This document shows positions 21,246 to 31,770 of a DNA stretch of 64,000 bases, piece after piece. The position numbers were made by a program, and so were the translations under genes. Within the stretch, counting starts at the first letter, position 1, and each line of letters opens with the position of its first letter. The notes under the pieces are model-generated. The model made no database searches. It was not told the origin of the DNA and saw only the letters and a list, made by a program, of their open reading frames with translations. Where the stretch lies: the sequence record PQ066597.1; one strand, written 5' to 3'.

Positions 21246-24200
21246 TATTGTTCTACCTTAACTTGGGTAGGCGGTACTGGCACAAGGAGTTTACTTACAT
21301 CACGAGGATTGCCTATATCATCCTTAAGCCGTTTTTCTGACAACCGTTTAAGGTCAGAATACCTACTACTAAAATCGCTAAACAGGGGACTACCATCAAG
21401 CCTACGTGCCGATGGGGTATAAACAACACCGTCAACAGTCCAGTTCTGTTCATCTTGGTCATAATTCCTGACCTCAAATACATTACCGGTACTTGTATCA
21501 ATTGCGTTATTCCACTCAGACACATCAAATGGCGTTTGTGGTTGTTCCACTTCCATTAATTCCCCAGTTATCGGGTCGAATAGAGGTACTGGATCTGTAA
21601 ACGAACCATTGGGGTCTGGTACTGTTCTATATTTAGGGGTTAGGCTAGGTAAACCAGAATCCCACCGATATGATTTATTTATATCGACGATAGTCTCTAT
21701 GTGTTTCATAGAAATACCCCCGTTAACCATAACAGTTAGTAGAGTAATACCAACAAATCCAAATCCAACTGGATGAACAAACCGAATAACATCATCCTTA
21801 TACCGAGATGTGTTCAATTCAGAACGAATTCTCATCATATAGTAAGATCTATTTCTGTTTATATAATCTATATCGGAATATGCCAGCTCTTTACCCTTAA
21901 CTCCCCGAGTGACTTCACCAACAAAAGAACTAGATTCAGATTTTATTTCTTGACCAACTTCTAACTTCCCAATAAGGTTATGAATCGTTATTTTCCATCT
22001 TAATTGACCATCAACAAACTGACGTTCAATATAGGTAACGTTGGCTCGACCAGTTTTGGTAAATATCGTTCTTCCAACAAGATCAGTACTGATATTAGAC
22101 GACTTAACCAGTATATCATAATCTATCCCAACTTGAGATTCGATTTCAATATCTACATCGGCATCATATAGCAGTTTGAACAAGAACTTATAACTATCCA
22201 GAGTTCCCTTTGAGCTATAAAAGTTATTGGCGTTGGCTTCGAAGAATTTAACAACCTCATCTCTCTTGTTTTGGTCTAGATATATATTCCTTCTTCTCAT
22301 CTCAGACCACAAAAATACAAAAGAATCTTTCTCTCTCGGGTATTTTAGTTTGATGAAATTGAGAAGTTTACCATACATCGAATCAGTACCTTCTGATAGG
22401 AATTGAAGATAATATTCAGCAAACTTAGAGTAATTTGAGTCGTTGAAATAATGTTCAGGTCCCATAATTCTCAACATAGGTGCGATATTTGGATCAATTA
22501 TACCTGTATCATCCTTCTTCTCTTCAACAACTTCTCTTTCTTGGTTTATCAAAGAAGCTTGCAACGCGATATATTCTGGTCTCCAAAATACAGATGCTTC
22601 ATCTCTAACACGATAAGGGAACTCATAGTATCCAAATATCTCCCCACCAAGACCATTCTCTCTATTGTAGGCAGTGTGAATCAAAATACCGTTACAATAC
22701 TTACTAAAGTTTTTGAAATTAATATTGTTCAGATAAAATTTTACAGAACCTTTATTCCAAACTTCTTTGTTATATTCCCGTGTAGGGTCTATGTTATATT
22801 GGTATTTGGTGGAAGGTGTTATAAGAACTATTCGGTTTTCATGGTTTTTCCAAACTCTCTCCCCAGTCATAGCCATATAATCAAACCCAGCCTCGTTATA
22901 ATATCTAGCTGGTCTTAAGGAGAAAACATCACCATCTTCGGTTTCCCATTGATACATGAAAACTTTCTTTTCACTAAGATATCCAAAGTCCGAACTGTAT
23001 TTTACCGCATAGGCCACATCATCCGGGTATTTATTAACGGTATCAAGATCTTCGATAGTATTGGTGTATTTGTAAGTTGCACCGGATACAAATAATTTAG
23101 TACCATCAACACTCATATCGGAATATTTGTGTTCGATATTATACCTTTCATCCTCAGTATTTCCAAACACTCTTTCCCATGACCCACCATCCGGAACAGA
23201 AGGCTTTACTATCTGCCCATCTTCTTGGTAAAGGTCAAAAATATTAGGATATGCAAAATCATCAACAAACCGACTATATTTCACCGGGTCTACTATCTTT
23301 TGTACTGGATCGGAATAGATATCAGCAATAAACTCAAACGAGTCATGGCTATCACTTGGTACAAAGTTGACTTTCATTTGCATCCCATGGGTTCTACCTT
23401 GGAATACTCTAGATTCCCATCTAGTAGAAACTTTACCAACGTGTGTACCGTCAGGAAGGAAAGTTACCATCTCACGACCAACGTCAATACCATTTACGAA
23501 ATTAATATCTTCTGTTGGGTCGGAAAAGTTCATATCCCCCAACATGAAATCTTCTTTCTTGTATTTTTCGTTGAGGCGATATACACCAGAATATGTAGAT
23601 TTCTTTACGTTTTTAGGATCTCGTTTATCTTTCCCTGCATCTACTTCACCGGATACCAGCGCATAACAAACCTCGTTAAGTACATCCATTTTCTTAACTA
23701 CTACGTTTGGATTATCACAGATCGTAAAGACTTCCGGATCCCATATGATATTACCTTCATTATCGGTTGGACCACCAGATACTCGTATACGTCTAGTAAC
23801 ACCATTTGCAGCGGCATATAGCCACATATTAGAGGAAGTTTGAGCTTCTACTTTTCTTCTGATATCGTCTGGGTACTTGGCAAAAGTCCCAAAGAACATA
23901 GTAGGAAATGGGATAGACGAATCAGTATCCATCTTAACAAATGTAAGCTGATCATCCGACCAAAAATGAAGGTCTGAGCTAAATCTTACTTCATCAACAT
24001 TTCGTCCGTAAAAAGCAAAATCATAACCAAGAAGGAAAGATGTATTCCTGTTTTGGCTCATTACGGTATTACCGGTTGGATATCCAACGCGATCAGAAAT
24101 AGCTTGGTAGTAATACCAGTTCTGCCCACCGTCGTTAGTTACCTTACAGTAGTTTTGATATTTTTCAAATGCGTATACAACACGACGGTTTGCGCCAAGG

Positions 24201-24748
24201 TAAACGCTATTAATATCCCGACAAATTTTTGATACAGAACCCAAAATCTCATGGTATTCATCGTCACTAGTAACAAAATTTTCTATATTCGTGACGTTTG
24301 AGATACTAGGATCGTATATAAAGTTTTCATTCATCAAACTAGCCTGAATCACATCACTATTGAGGTTGATATAATCCATCTTGTTTTTATGTAACTTCAT
24401 ATCAATAAACTTAAACGATGGAATGAATTTCTCCATGGTGGTTATTTGATATGCGTTTGTTGTGAATGATTCTATTACATCACTAACAACCCAATCAGAC
24501 GGCTCCAAACCGGGATGAGTTGTAGATATTCTAAATTTATATTTTGTATCTGGAATGAGAGATGAACTGAAAAATTCGGGGGAATATTCCACCCCCAATT
24601 GTGTCCAACTATCTACCCCAGTACCTGAAACGATGGTGTATTCGACAATATAAAAATAGTTCGAACCTACATCATCCCATTTTAGGTGAACGAAGTTCGC
24701 GCCGAGCATGGCGACGCGAAGACTTGTTATTGTTGGAGCTTTTATCAT
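21245..24748 (-). CDS. 7: baseplate wedge initiator gp7
   Basis: MIKAPTITSLRV, LKWDDVGSNYFY, KGTLDSYKFLFKLLY, FVHPVGFGFVG. Confidence 0.95.
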   Translation of the reverse strand: MIKAPTITSLRVAMLGANFVHLKWDDVGSNYFYIVEYTIVSGTGVDSWTQLGVEYSPEFFSSSLIPDTKYKFRISTTHPGLEPSDWVVSDVIESFTTNAYQITTMEKFIPSFKFIDMKLHKNKMDYINLNSDVIQASLMNENFIYDPSISNVTNIENFVTSDDEYHEILGSVSKICRDINSVYLGANRRVVYAFEKYQNYCKVTNDGGQNWYYYQAISDRVGYPTGNTVMSQNRNTSFLLGYDFAFYGRNVDEVRFSSDLHFWSDDQLTFVKMDTDSSIPFPTMFFGTFAKYPDDIRRKVEAQTSSNMWLYAAANGVTRRIRVSGGPTDNEGNIIWDPEVFTICDNPNVVVKKMDVLNEVCYALVSGEVDAGKDKRDPKNVKKSTYSGVYRLNEKYKKEDFMLGDMNFSDPTEDINFVNGIDVGREMVTFLPDGTHVGKVSTRWESRVFQGRTHGMQMKVNFVPSDSHDSFEFIADIYSDPVQKIVDPVKYSRFVDDFAYPNIFDLYQEDGQIVKPSVPDGGSWERVFGNTEDERYNIEHKYSDMSVDGTKLFVSGATYKYTNTIEDLDTVNKYPDDVAYAVKYSSDFGYLSEKKVFMYQWETEDGDVFSLRPARYYNEAGFDYMAMTGERVWKNHENRIVLITPSTKYQYNIDPTREYNKEVWNKGSVKFYLNNINFKNFSKYCNGILIHTAYNRENGLGGEIFGYYEFPYRVRDEASVFWRPEYIALQASLINQEREVVEEKKDDTGIIDPNIAPMLRIMGPEHYFNDSNYSKFAEYYLQFLSEGTDSMYGKLLNFIKLKYPREKDSFVFLWSEMRRRNIYLDQNKRDEVVKFFEANANNFYSSKGTLDSYKFLFKLLYDADVDIEIESQVGIDYDILVKSSNISTDLVGRTIFTKTGRANVTYIERQFVDGQLRWKITIHNLIGKLEVGQEIKSESSSFVGEVTRGVKGKELAYSDIDYINRNRSYYMMRIRSELNTSRYKDDVIRFVHPVGFGFVGITLLTVMVNGGISMKHIETIVDINKSYRWDSGLPSLTPKYRTVPDPNGSFTDPVPLFDPITGELMEVEQPQTPFDVSEWNNAIDTSTGNVFEVRNYDQDEQNWTVDGVVYTPSARRLDGSPLFSDFSSRYSDLKRLSEKRLKDDIGNPRDVSKLLVPVPPTQVKVEQ

Positions 24749-24750
24749 TT

Positions 24751-26706
24751 TTAAATTACCACCGAGTTCATTTCAATTGTTGTGTATTGAGGACGTAGGT
24801 TATTCTCAAAAACGATCAATGTACCATCGGACGGGAATATATTAAGTGAGGTTGGTTCACTATGTAATTCAATATATGCCGCAATAAACTGATCTGGGTC
24901 TTTATTGAGAACACCAAGGTCGAATGTGATTTGGTCTATTTCATAATTTATAGATCCAACTACATAGTATTTACTGCGCCCATCAATTTCTTTCCTATCA
25001 AAGTCGCTTCCGGTATATTCTTGAACACCAGATATATGACCAGCAGCAAAGGGTCCAACCAACATCAACCCAGTATTTTCGCTGTGTACCCCAGACGGAT
25101 CAGGAATATCGTTCTTCTTAGTACCAACATAATGAACATCATAACTTGTTGTTGTGTTATGGATATATTTTATTTCGGTGCTATAGATAGAGCCTTCAAC
25201 TAGGTCGTTATTGTACTGAATACCATTCATCGGACTAACTAGATAGTTGTCTATTTCTCGAACAAGTCCAATTTTTGTTTCCGTACCAAGAATAGACACA
25301 TCAGTATTATCAATACGACTGTTCATCTTGGATGTATAGAAACCAGCGTTGAAGATTTCAACCTCTTCCGTATAATAACGGTCTATGGAATTCAAGATCT
25401 GACCTTGTAACCATTCTTCTGTTTGTGGGAGTTGGTTTATTGCGTAGGTAACCTTGGCATTGGTTTTCACATACATATAATTTGGACTATGAACAACCGG
25501 CGTAATCGTACTAACGTTAAACGGTCTCAGATAGTTTTGGATGTCTTCTTTCTGAACAGTAGTCAGATATAAACCATCTTGAGGCTTTATCGCAATGAAT
25601 GCATAACCCGGCTTTTCTGGGTTGGTATAACACTGGATAGCCTGAACAATGTTACCAAATCGACTAGATATGAAAGTTTCGTAGTCGGAAGCAGTAACAC
25701 AACGGCGCTGTGTCTCTCTCATTACCGGACCTAGTGAACGAATACGTTCTATATCCTCAACTTCACCACCACCAATAGATCCAACATAATTCACATCGTT
25801 AATTCCGTCAGGATGAGTTGGGTTTTCTCTAATCTCTTCAACCACCAAGTTAGGAATTGTATCCACATAATCAAAACCACGAGAACCGTTAGCGGCGGTT
25901 CCTTTGGTGCTTATATATTCCAAAACGATGGTATCCCCTACAGAAGGCTTTAAACCACCAACGTAGTTACTGCGGAGCATACCGTTAGTATCAACGGTAG
26001 AGTCGCCTTCCCCGAAATATATTTCAGTGAAGCTATCAATTGTTTCTCTTTGATAAAAAACAGTCGAAGTGCCACCAACACGAACAATCGGTTTGTTAGA
26101 CCAGTCTTCCCATTTAGCCCCGTTCACATAAACGTTAACATATCTACGGTCAATATTTGGATCCTGAATTACAATAGTTCCATCCTGACCAAACGTCATT
26201 TGGTTTCTGATAATTCTACCCTGAACCAAGTTAAGATCTGTAATATATCGTTTGTCTATACCACGTATTACCTCGACGTCTTCCCAAGTGACATAATCAT
26301 AAAATTCAACTTCTTCAATAGAAGCAGTGAATTTAGTACCCTTCGGAATTGTAATAGAACGAGGACTACTATCAATCGGGCTATAATACGCTTGAATCTG
26401 TATCATATTAGTACTAGCACTCATACCCCAAGGCATATACCCGTTATCTTGTGCGTGTTGAACCACAGAAGAACGAAGACGGGCAGTTTGGTTGTAGCCT
26501 TCAAATAAAGCCCCGTTTGCAAATTGCTGATGGTATAGCATTGCATAAGCCATCGATTCTATTAGGACGGTCAATCTTGACCCTTCAAAATCATAATCTT
26601 TAAATTCATATTGGTTTTTAAAGAAATCCCGTAATCTGGTTTTGAAACCTTCAAAGGTACTCTCTTTGAATACGTTTGGGATTTCAACTGAGTTAATATT
26701 AGCCAT
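24751..26706 (-). CDS. 6: baseplate wedge gp6
   Basis: FKDYDFEGSRL, TARLRSSVVQHAQDNGY, ETQRRCVTASDYE. Confidence 0.96.
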   Translation of the reverse strand: MANINSVEIPNVFKESTFEGFKTRLRDFFKNQYEFKDYDFEGSRLTVLIESMAYAMLYHQQFANGALFEGYNQTARLRSSVVQHAQDNGYMPWGMSASTNMIQIQAYYSPIDSSPRSITIPKGTKFTASIEEVEFYDYVTWEDVEVIRGIDKRYITDLNLVQGRIIRNQMTFGQDGTIVIQDPNIDRRYVNVYVNGAKWEDWSNKPIVRVGGTSTVFYQRETIDSFTEIYFGEGDSTVDTNGMLRSNYVGGLKPSVGDTIVLEYISTKGTAANGSRGFDYVDTIPNLVVEEIRENPTHPDGINDVNYVGSIGGGEVEDIERIRSLGPVMRETQRRCVTASDYETFISSRFGNIVQAIQCYTNPEKPGYAFIAIKPQDGLYLTTVQKEDIQNYLRPFNVSTITPVVHSPNYMYVKTNAKVTYAINQLPQTEEWLQGQILNSIDRYYTEEVEIFNAGFYTSKMNSRIDNTDVSILGTETKIGLVREIDNYLVSPMNGIQYNNDLVEGSIYSTEIKYIHNTTTSYDVHYVGTKKNDIPDPSGVHSENTGLMLVGPFAAGHISGVQEYTGSDFDRKEIDGRSKYYVVGSINYEIDQITFDLGVLNKDPDQFIAAYIELHSEPTSLNIFPSDGTLIVFENNLRPQYTTIEMNSVVI

Positions 26707-27127
26707 TTGATAGTTCCATTTTTAGTTCAACAACAGTTGATAAATTTGTGATAAGAGAATAATAAATAGAAACTATATATTCGTTTCTGTCGTATAAAGG
26801 AACAACTTGCACCTGCCTCAATTTCACACGAGGTTCATAGTTTCTTATTGCATCATATATACTTCGTTCAACCGCACTAGTTGACGCATCATTCATTAAT
26901 TCAAATAGTTCTGCACTAATATCACAGCCGAAATCAGGATCAAACGGTTTTTCGCGCTTCCTAGTTGCTATAATACCAGCCATTGACAATTGCACAGCAC
27001 CGATGTTCTGTGTCATAAGAACATCGTTTGTCTTTATATCACGACGAAAATTAGGGTCTATATCTGTATAATAGACAGTTTTCTCGTTTGTGATAATTTT
27101 TAATCTGTTTCCAAAAAATCCAGCCAT
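26699..27127 (-). CDS. 25: baseplate wedge subunit gp25
   Basis: YTDIDPNF, TRKREKPFDPDFGCDI, IRNYEPRV. Confidence 0.93.
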   Translation of the reverse strand: MAGFFGNRLKIITNEKTVYYTDIDPNFRRDIKTNDVLMTQNIGAVQLSMAGIIATRKREKPFDPDFGCDISAELFELMNDASTSAVERSIYDAIRNYEPRVKLRQVQVVPLYDRNEYIVSIYYSLITNLSTVVELKMELSNG

Positions 27128-27135
27128 AATAAACC

Positions 27136-27432
27136 TCAAACAACAAATACATTAGATGAACATTCCACAATAACTTCCCCTTCTGTACAAAGATCTGCTA
27201 ATTGCGCAACCCGTTTCCCTTCGATGAATACTTTCGCGCTACTGGCGATAACAAGTCCAGACTTCGGACTTGGGTCATCACCGGGCTTTATGTGAGTAAT
27301 CACCCTATCATCTTCTCTAACTAGAATTTGTTTTCCGTTAGCAAAAACCGTAGTTGTGGTTCCAATAACCTGACTTGGTAACCAAGGCCCCGGTCCAACA
27401 GTTTTTGCACCATTTAATACTAAACCTGCCAT
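27136..27432 (-). CDS. 5.4: PAAR spike tip gp5.4
   Basis: Aligns by eye with T4 gp5.4 (W.P..V, KVFIEGK, ADLC, SSNVFV). Confidence 0.85.
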   Translation of the reverse strand: MAGLVLNGAKTVGPGPWLPSQVIGTTTTVFANGKQILVREDDRVITHIKPGDDPSPKSGLVIASSAKVFIEGKRVAQLADLCTEGEVIVECSSNVFVV

Positions 27433-27434
27433 TT

Positions 27435-27947
27435 TCATATCCCCAATTTTGGAAAAGGCCCAGACGAAGATACATAAGCTCTAAATTTTGCAACCCAACC
27501 ATCAAATGAACCTATGATAGTCATATTTATAGAATCACTAACTGTTTTTCTAATTGGTAGTGTGGGGTCAGTAATATCGTCATAAACCAATGTCTGTGTA
27601 TAAGTAACAACCTTTTTTAATTCGCTTGGTGGATTAAATGCTATGAGGTCACAAGTAGTTGGTTCCGGTAAAGAAGAGAACGAATTTGTTTGTGATATCT
27701 GTAGAGATGTTCTATCTCTATACTTTAGAACCAAATCTACTTTCCCATCAAAATAGTCATTGACTTTCCCATGTAATCTGTTACCATCAAGAAAAATCCC
27801 ATCTGGTGATAGGTCTTCTGACGGAACCACCGTAAAACTCATCAGTTGTTCAGATGTGGTTAGTGTATAGCTAAACAAGCTATCCACAGAAGTTTCTCCA
27901 TCAAAAATGGTTGACTTCCAGTTGGTAGGTGTGTTAATTTGTGCCAT
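27435..27947 (-). CDS. gp5.1-like baseplate protein
   Basis: MAQIN start with GGAGG SD and CTAAATA upstream; LKYR...SFSSLP...DL..F.PP pattern like T4 gp5.1. Confidence 0.7.
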   Translation of the reverse strand: MAQINTPTNWKSTIFDGETSVDSLFSYTLTTSEQLMSFTVVPSEDLSPDGIFLDGNRLHGKVNDYFDGKVDLVLKYRDRTSLQISQTNSFSSLPEPTTCDLIAFNPPSELKKVVTYTQTLVYDDITDPTLPIRKTVSDSINMTIIGSFDGWVAKFRAYVSSSGPFPKLGI

Positions 27948-28006
27948 ATAAAAATCCTCCATTATGGAGTATTTAGGGTTGTTCATATAAAATAGAGGGT
28001 AAAAAT

Positions 28007-28375
28007 ATGTTGATGTACAATAAATTCAAATTCAAAAACGAAGAAGCAATGGAAAAATTTATCAAGCTCGGAAAAAAAGATGGAAACGAGGAAAATAATC
28101 GCATCATAGTGGAAACACTTGGTATGGAAATCTTTTTTGTAGATGAAAAACAGGGAGATGGAATCTATAAAATAGAAGGATATGAAAATCTAAATGAATT
28201 CAGCCCAATCTTTACTTCGAAAGAGATGAAAGAATGCCTTATGATAGCAGAATCAGATGATGAGGAATCTTATGAACCCCCGAAGGTAAACAAAACCAAA
28301 AATGAATTATTGGTGTTGCGCAAAGAATTGATGAAGCAAGTACATCGAATTGATGAAATGTTAGAATCTCTATAA
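28007..28375 (+). CDS. hypothetical protein (opposite-strand insertion in baseplate cluster)
   Basis: SD GAGGG; 122-aa ORF. Confidence 0.75.
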   Translation: MLMYNKFKFKNEEAMEKFIKLGKKDGNEENNRIIVETLGMEIFFVDEKQGDGIYKIEGYENLNEFSPIFTSKEMKECLMIAESDDEESYEPPKVNKTKNELLVLRKELMKQVHRIDEMLESL

Positions 28376-28386
28376 GGAAAATAAAT

Positions 28387-28662
28387 ATGAAACTAATTTA
28401 TGTAGGAACTAATTTTGCTGGTTTTAAAGAAAATCAGGTTCATAATTTTCGAGTTCGTCGAGAACTAAAAAACTTTATCGAAAAGAACTTTGATAAAGTG
28501 GAAGACGAAGAACTTCTGATGGAAGTAAAGATGAAAGAAACCATTTATTGGGATTTCTGTCCATTTGAAATTGATGTAGGTGGCGGCACTCTATCTTTTG
28601 TGTGGGGACTTGAAAAAGAAGCACTCCAAGAATATATCAAACGAAGTGCAGACGACATCTAA
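28387..28662 (+). CDS. hypothetical protein
   Basis: SD AAGGA; followed by terminator. Confidence 0.75.
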   Translation: MKLIYVGTNFAGFKENQVHNFRVRRELKNFIEKNFDKVEDEELLMEVKMKETIYWDFCPFEIDVGGGTLSFVWGLEKEALQEYIKRSADDI

Positions 28663-28665
28663 AAC

Positions 28666-28694
28666 AAAAGGGATCCCAAATCGGGATCCCTTTT
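28666..28694. terminator. bidirectional terminator, GGGATCCC family copy 1
   Basis: AAAAGGGATCCC-AAATC-GGGATCCCTTTT between convergent genes. Confidence 0.85.
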
Positions 28695-28696
28695 CG

Positions 28697-30535
28697 TTAG
28701 TTAATACTAACAGTAGAACCACTAATCTCAGTCGTACCTTGAGAGGTAATAAGAGATTGAGCAGCTTGCGATTTATAGTCACCAGATACAGTAACTGTAT
28801 AATCACCAAAAACATTAAGGTTCATATCACCCTCTACGTTCTCGTTGCAATTACCTTGAACTGTTGCAGTTAAATTCCCTTCTATATCACTAACAACACT
28901 ACCACCGACAGATAGGGTCACATCAGCGTCTATACGCGATTCTAAGCCACCGTTAACAGTTTGCTTAACGTTCCCCTTCACCGACTGTTCAACGTTACCA
29001 TAAACCGATTCAGATACGTTTCCTTTGACAACCTGAGTCAAGTTTCCATCAACTTGCTGGGTACAGTTACCCATAACGTATACAGTCGCGTTACCTTCAA
29101 CAACTACCTGATAATCACCCTTTACGTTGATCATCCGGTTTGCCATATCAATAACATAGTCATCACCCATAACTTTGTTTACTTGACGACCACCACCAGA
29201 AATCTCAATATACGTCCCTGATGTATGTTTCAGGTTATATCGTTCTTTCCCCGGAGTATCATCAAATTCCTGAATATGACCACTCTCCGATTCATATACA
29301 TGGTTATATGGGTATTCAGCAGCATATGCGCTGGGTGGTTCTTCGAAAAGAAGACCATCAGTACGAGGTGGTGGTGGAACGGACGGATCATCTGGGTCTA
29401 CTTCGTCAGCAAAAACAACAGGAGAGGACAATGCCATAATAGAACGCTTCATTCTCCCAGATATTGGGATAATAGGCTGTTCCTCTGGTTTTGGTTTTAC
29501 TCCATAAGACTCTAGGTTTCCGGTTAAAATAATCTTGGCAACCCGATTCGCTCGACCCGGAGTTTGTCTAGCCCAAAGAGAGTCGAGCATACCATTATAT
29601 GCATCTCGCCAACGTTCTTCATACATAGCGTTTAGTGTATTTTTGAATTTCGCTAATCCGCCAGCCCCCATCTGAAACGCCATATTTTCTAAAGCCATTT
29701 GACGACTTCTATTTTCTTTGACGTAGACACGACGTATATTTTCGAATCTCATCATATCAGCACGAGTCTTTTGGATATCCTCGTTAAACAGCTTTGTAAC
29801 GTCTTCTGGGGAGATCACACCCCCTTGTACAGGATGACCCAACTGTTGGGTTAGAATCGCATCTATACGGGCTACGTTTCGTGTATTCTCATGTATGATT
29901 AGATGACCAATACCTATGGTTGGATATCCAAGAGAATCGAGATACCATTTGTTCCTAACCCCTTCGTCTCCCTTCAACATTTTTTCAATTGTGAAATCTG
30001 GATCATCATCTGCAATTGCATCGTCAAATGATTTGTCATCAGGGGCTAATGCACCAGAAGTATTTTCATCCTGAGTATAAACCGATAACGGCTTCCCATC
30101 AATAGAAACTGGTGCCGTTCCATGGATCCCATTACCCTTTTGCCCACCACCGGCTAATATATTAACGTCGTTACCAATATAACGAGGGTATTGACCTGTT
30201 GGGTCACAGAATCCCCGTAGAGTATTTGGTTTTTGGACATAAGATCCGGGGATAGAAAAAAGTATTAAACCATCCTGTTTAAACTCATCCTTGAAAACCC
30301 CCATCACCCACACACCCTCTACTAGGTTTGTTGGGCTATTTCCTACACCAGATATAGAGGCTGAATCCGTTGACGTGGCACAACGCATCCAAAGAAGCTC
30401 ATCGGTAGGTATACCAATCAAATCATCTTTTGATTTTTGATCAGTGTGGTATCCCATCACACGAACTCTATATCTCCCTTGATTAAGAGGATCAAAACGA
30501 TCCTCTACAACGCCAAAAAAGAATTCAAATTTCAT
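28697..30535 (-). CDS. 5: baseplate hub/tail lysozyme gp5
   Basis: OB-fold FFGVVEDRFDPLNQGRYRVRV; lysozyme DEG...YLDSLGYPTIGIGH; YPYNHVYESESGH; C-terminal VxGN octapeptide repeats. Confidence 0.97.
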   Translation of the reverse strand: MKFEFFFGVVEDRFDPLNQGRYRVRVMGYHTDQKSKDDLIGIPTDELLWMRCATSTDSASISGVGNSPTNLVEGVWVMGVFKDEFKQDGLILFSIPGSYVQKPNTLRGFCDPTGQYPRYIGNDVNILAGGGQKGNGIHGTAPVSIDGKPLSVYTQDENTSGALAPDDKSFDDAIADDDPDFTIEKMLKGDEGVRNKWYLDSLGYPTIGIGHLIIHENTRNVARIDAILTQQLGHPVQGGVISPEDVTKLFNEDIQKTRADMMRFENIRRVYVKENRSRQMALENMAFQMGAGGLAKFKNTLNAMYEERWRDAYNGMLDSLWARQTPGRANRVAKIILTGNLESYGVKPKPEEQPIIPISGRMKRSIMALSSPVVFADEVDPDDPSVPPPPRTDGLLFEEPPSAYAAEYPYNHVYESESGHIQEFDDTPGKERYNLKHTSGTYIEISGGGRQVNKVMGDDYVIDMANRMINVKGDYQVVVEGNATVYVMGNCTQQVDGNLTQVVKGNVSESVYGNVEQSVKGNVKQTVNGGLESRIDADVTLSVGGSVVSDIEGNLTATVQGNCNENVEGDMNLNVFGDYTVTVSGDYKSQAAQSLITSQGTTEISGSTVSIN

Positions 30536-31770
30536 TGTATATCCTTCCCTCTAGTATCGGAATCAGATATCAATTCTAAGTTCATGATATAAGAGCCCTG
30601 TGTACATACATGATTTATTGAGTTGATAAGCCAGCGCCCTGCATCTTTTGATGTCATTTCACCATTCATATCACCAGCAATAATATTTACCACCTGACCA
30701 CAACTCAGGTCCGAATTACCGGCAACTTGAATAAGCATTCTTTTAGCGTTTAGTGAGGTTCGGTTTGTTGCTCTTATACCAAGAGAGTTACCATTAGAAC
30801 CCATATTGATATACTTATACATCTGATCTTCTGTTGTGAAATAAACACATGCATTTCTTTCTGGTTTTATATCACCACCAAACCACGGTTCTGGGTTTAA
30901 TGTTGGATATACATCTTTTACAGACGTATAATCCTGATAATTATTTGTATAAAGCTTTTTATCCAAAGACATCGAATGAACGTTAACGCCTAGACCACCA
31001 TTCCTATATTGTTCTGGTATGTTGTATCCCTTAACACGCTGCATCTTGATTATCTTGTTATACATTGTAGTGTCGTGGGTTGCTTCAAATATCAGGTCAA
31101 CAACCGGGTCTCCAACCATCATGGATGTACCAGTTCTGAATTTGGCTCCATCTACATCCTCATAAAAGTAGAAATTACTATCACCCTTTGAATTAACATC
31201 TGATGATTGTGCAGAAGAAGCTAAGAAATTAATAACTGATATCGGTGTTAAATTTGGGATTACAATATCCCGGTTATAAAGCGTTGGTTCGACAAATATG
31301 GTTTCGTCAGTGAACCCAATCACCCGGAGCATATCAGAAACGATTGCATGAATGGATGTCCCCTTATAGCTTTTACTGATCCGACTATATTCATTCTTGT
31401 GATCTTGTTCGGATACAAGATGAAGTCTTACAAACTTTTGAGTTTGTGTATTTGGGTTTGTAATATCTTCGTAACGAGTAACTTTGAATATTTTAGAATA
31501 CGTTTTTGCATCCACCCCGTTTAAATGTACGGATCTAAAACTTATTTGTACCTTCTCATCACCTCTTGGATTAATTGAGTTTATTAAATTCATGAAATCA
31601 ACAAATTCAAGGGTGCCTTTCAGCAACCCTTGACTAATCCCTTCATATATAGAGAAGGATTTGAATATATCAGTTATATCAAACCCTTCACTATCCAAGC
31701 TTTGAAAGAAAACAATACGCTCAATGGTAAAGTTTTCATACGCCGCCGTACTGCGTCTACTTATTCCCAC
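30532..31770 (-). CDS. 27: baseplate hub protein gp27-like
   Basis: Length and position before gp5; FYFYEDVDG motif and phage late-control-D-like C-terminus (GNSDLSCGQ...GRWLI..INH). Confidence 0.78.
   Translation of the reverse strand: MGISRRSTAAYENFTIERIVFFQSLDSEGFDITDIFKSFSIYEGISQGLLKGTLEFVDFMNLINSINPRGDEKVQISFRSVHLNGVDAKTYSKIFKVTRYEDITNPNTQTQKFVRLHLVSEQDHKNEYSRISKSYKGTSIHAIVSDMLRVIGFTDETIFVEPTLYNRDIVIPNLTPISVINFLASSAQSSDVNSKGDSNFYFYEDVDGAKFRTGTSMMVGDPVVDLIFEATHDTTMYNKIIKMQRVKGYNIPEQYRNGGLGVNVHSMSLDKKLYTNNYQDYTSVKDVYPTLNPEPWFGGDIKPERNACVYFTTEDQMYKYINMGSNGNSLGIRATNRTSLNAKRMLIQVAGNSDLSCGQVVNIIAGDMNGEMTSKDAGRWLINSINHVCTQGSYIMNLELISDSDTRGKDIQ

Noticed and set aside
28873-29110. Short nucleotide repeats at the gp5 3' end
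   Set aside because: Explained by the VxGN octapeptide beta-helix repeats of gp5
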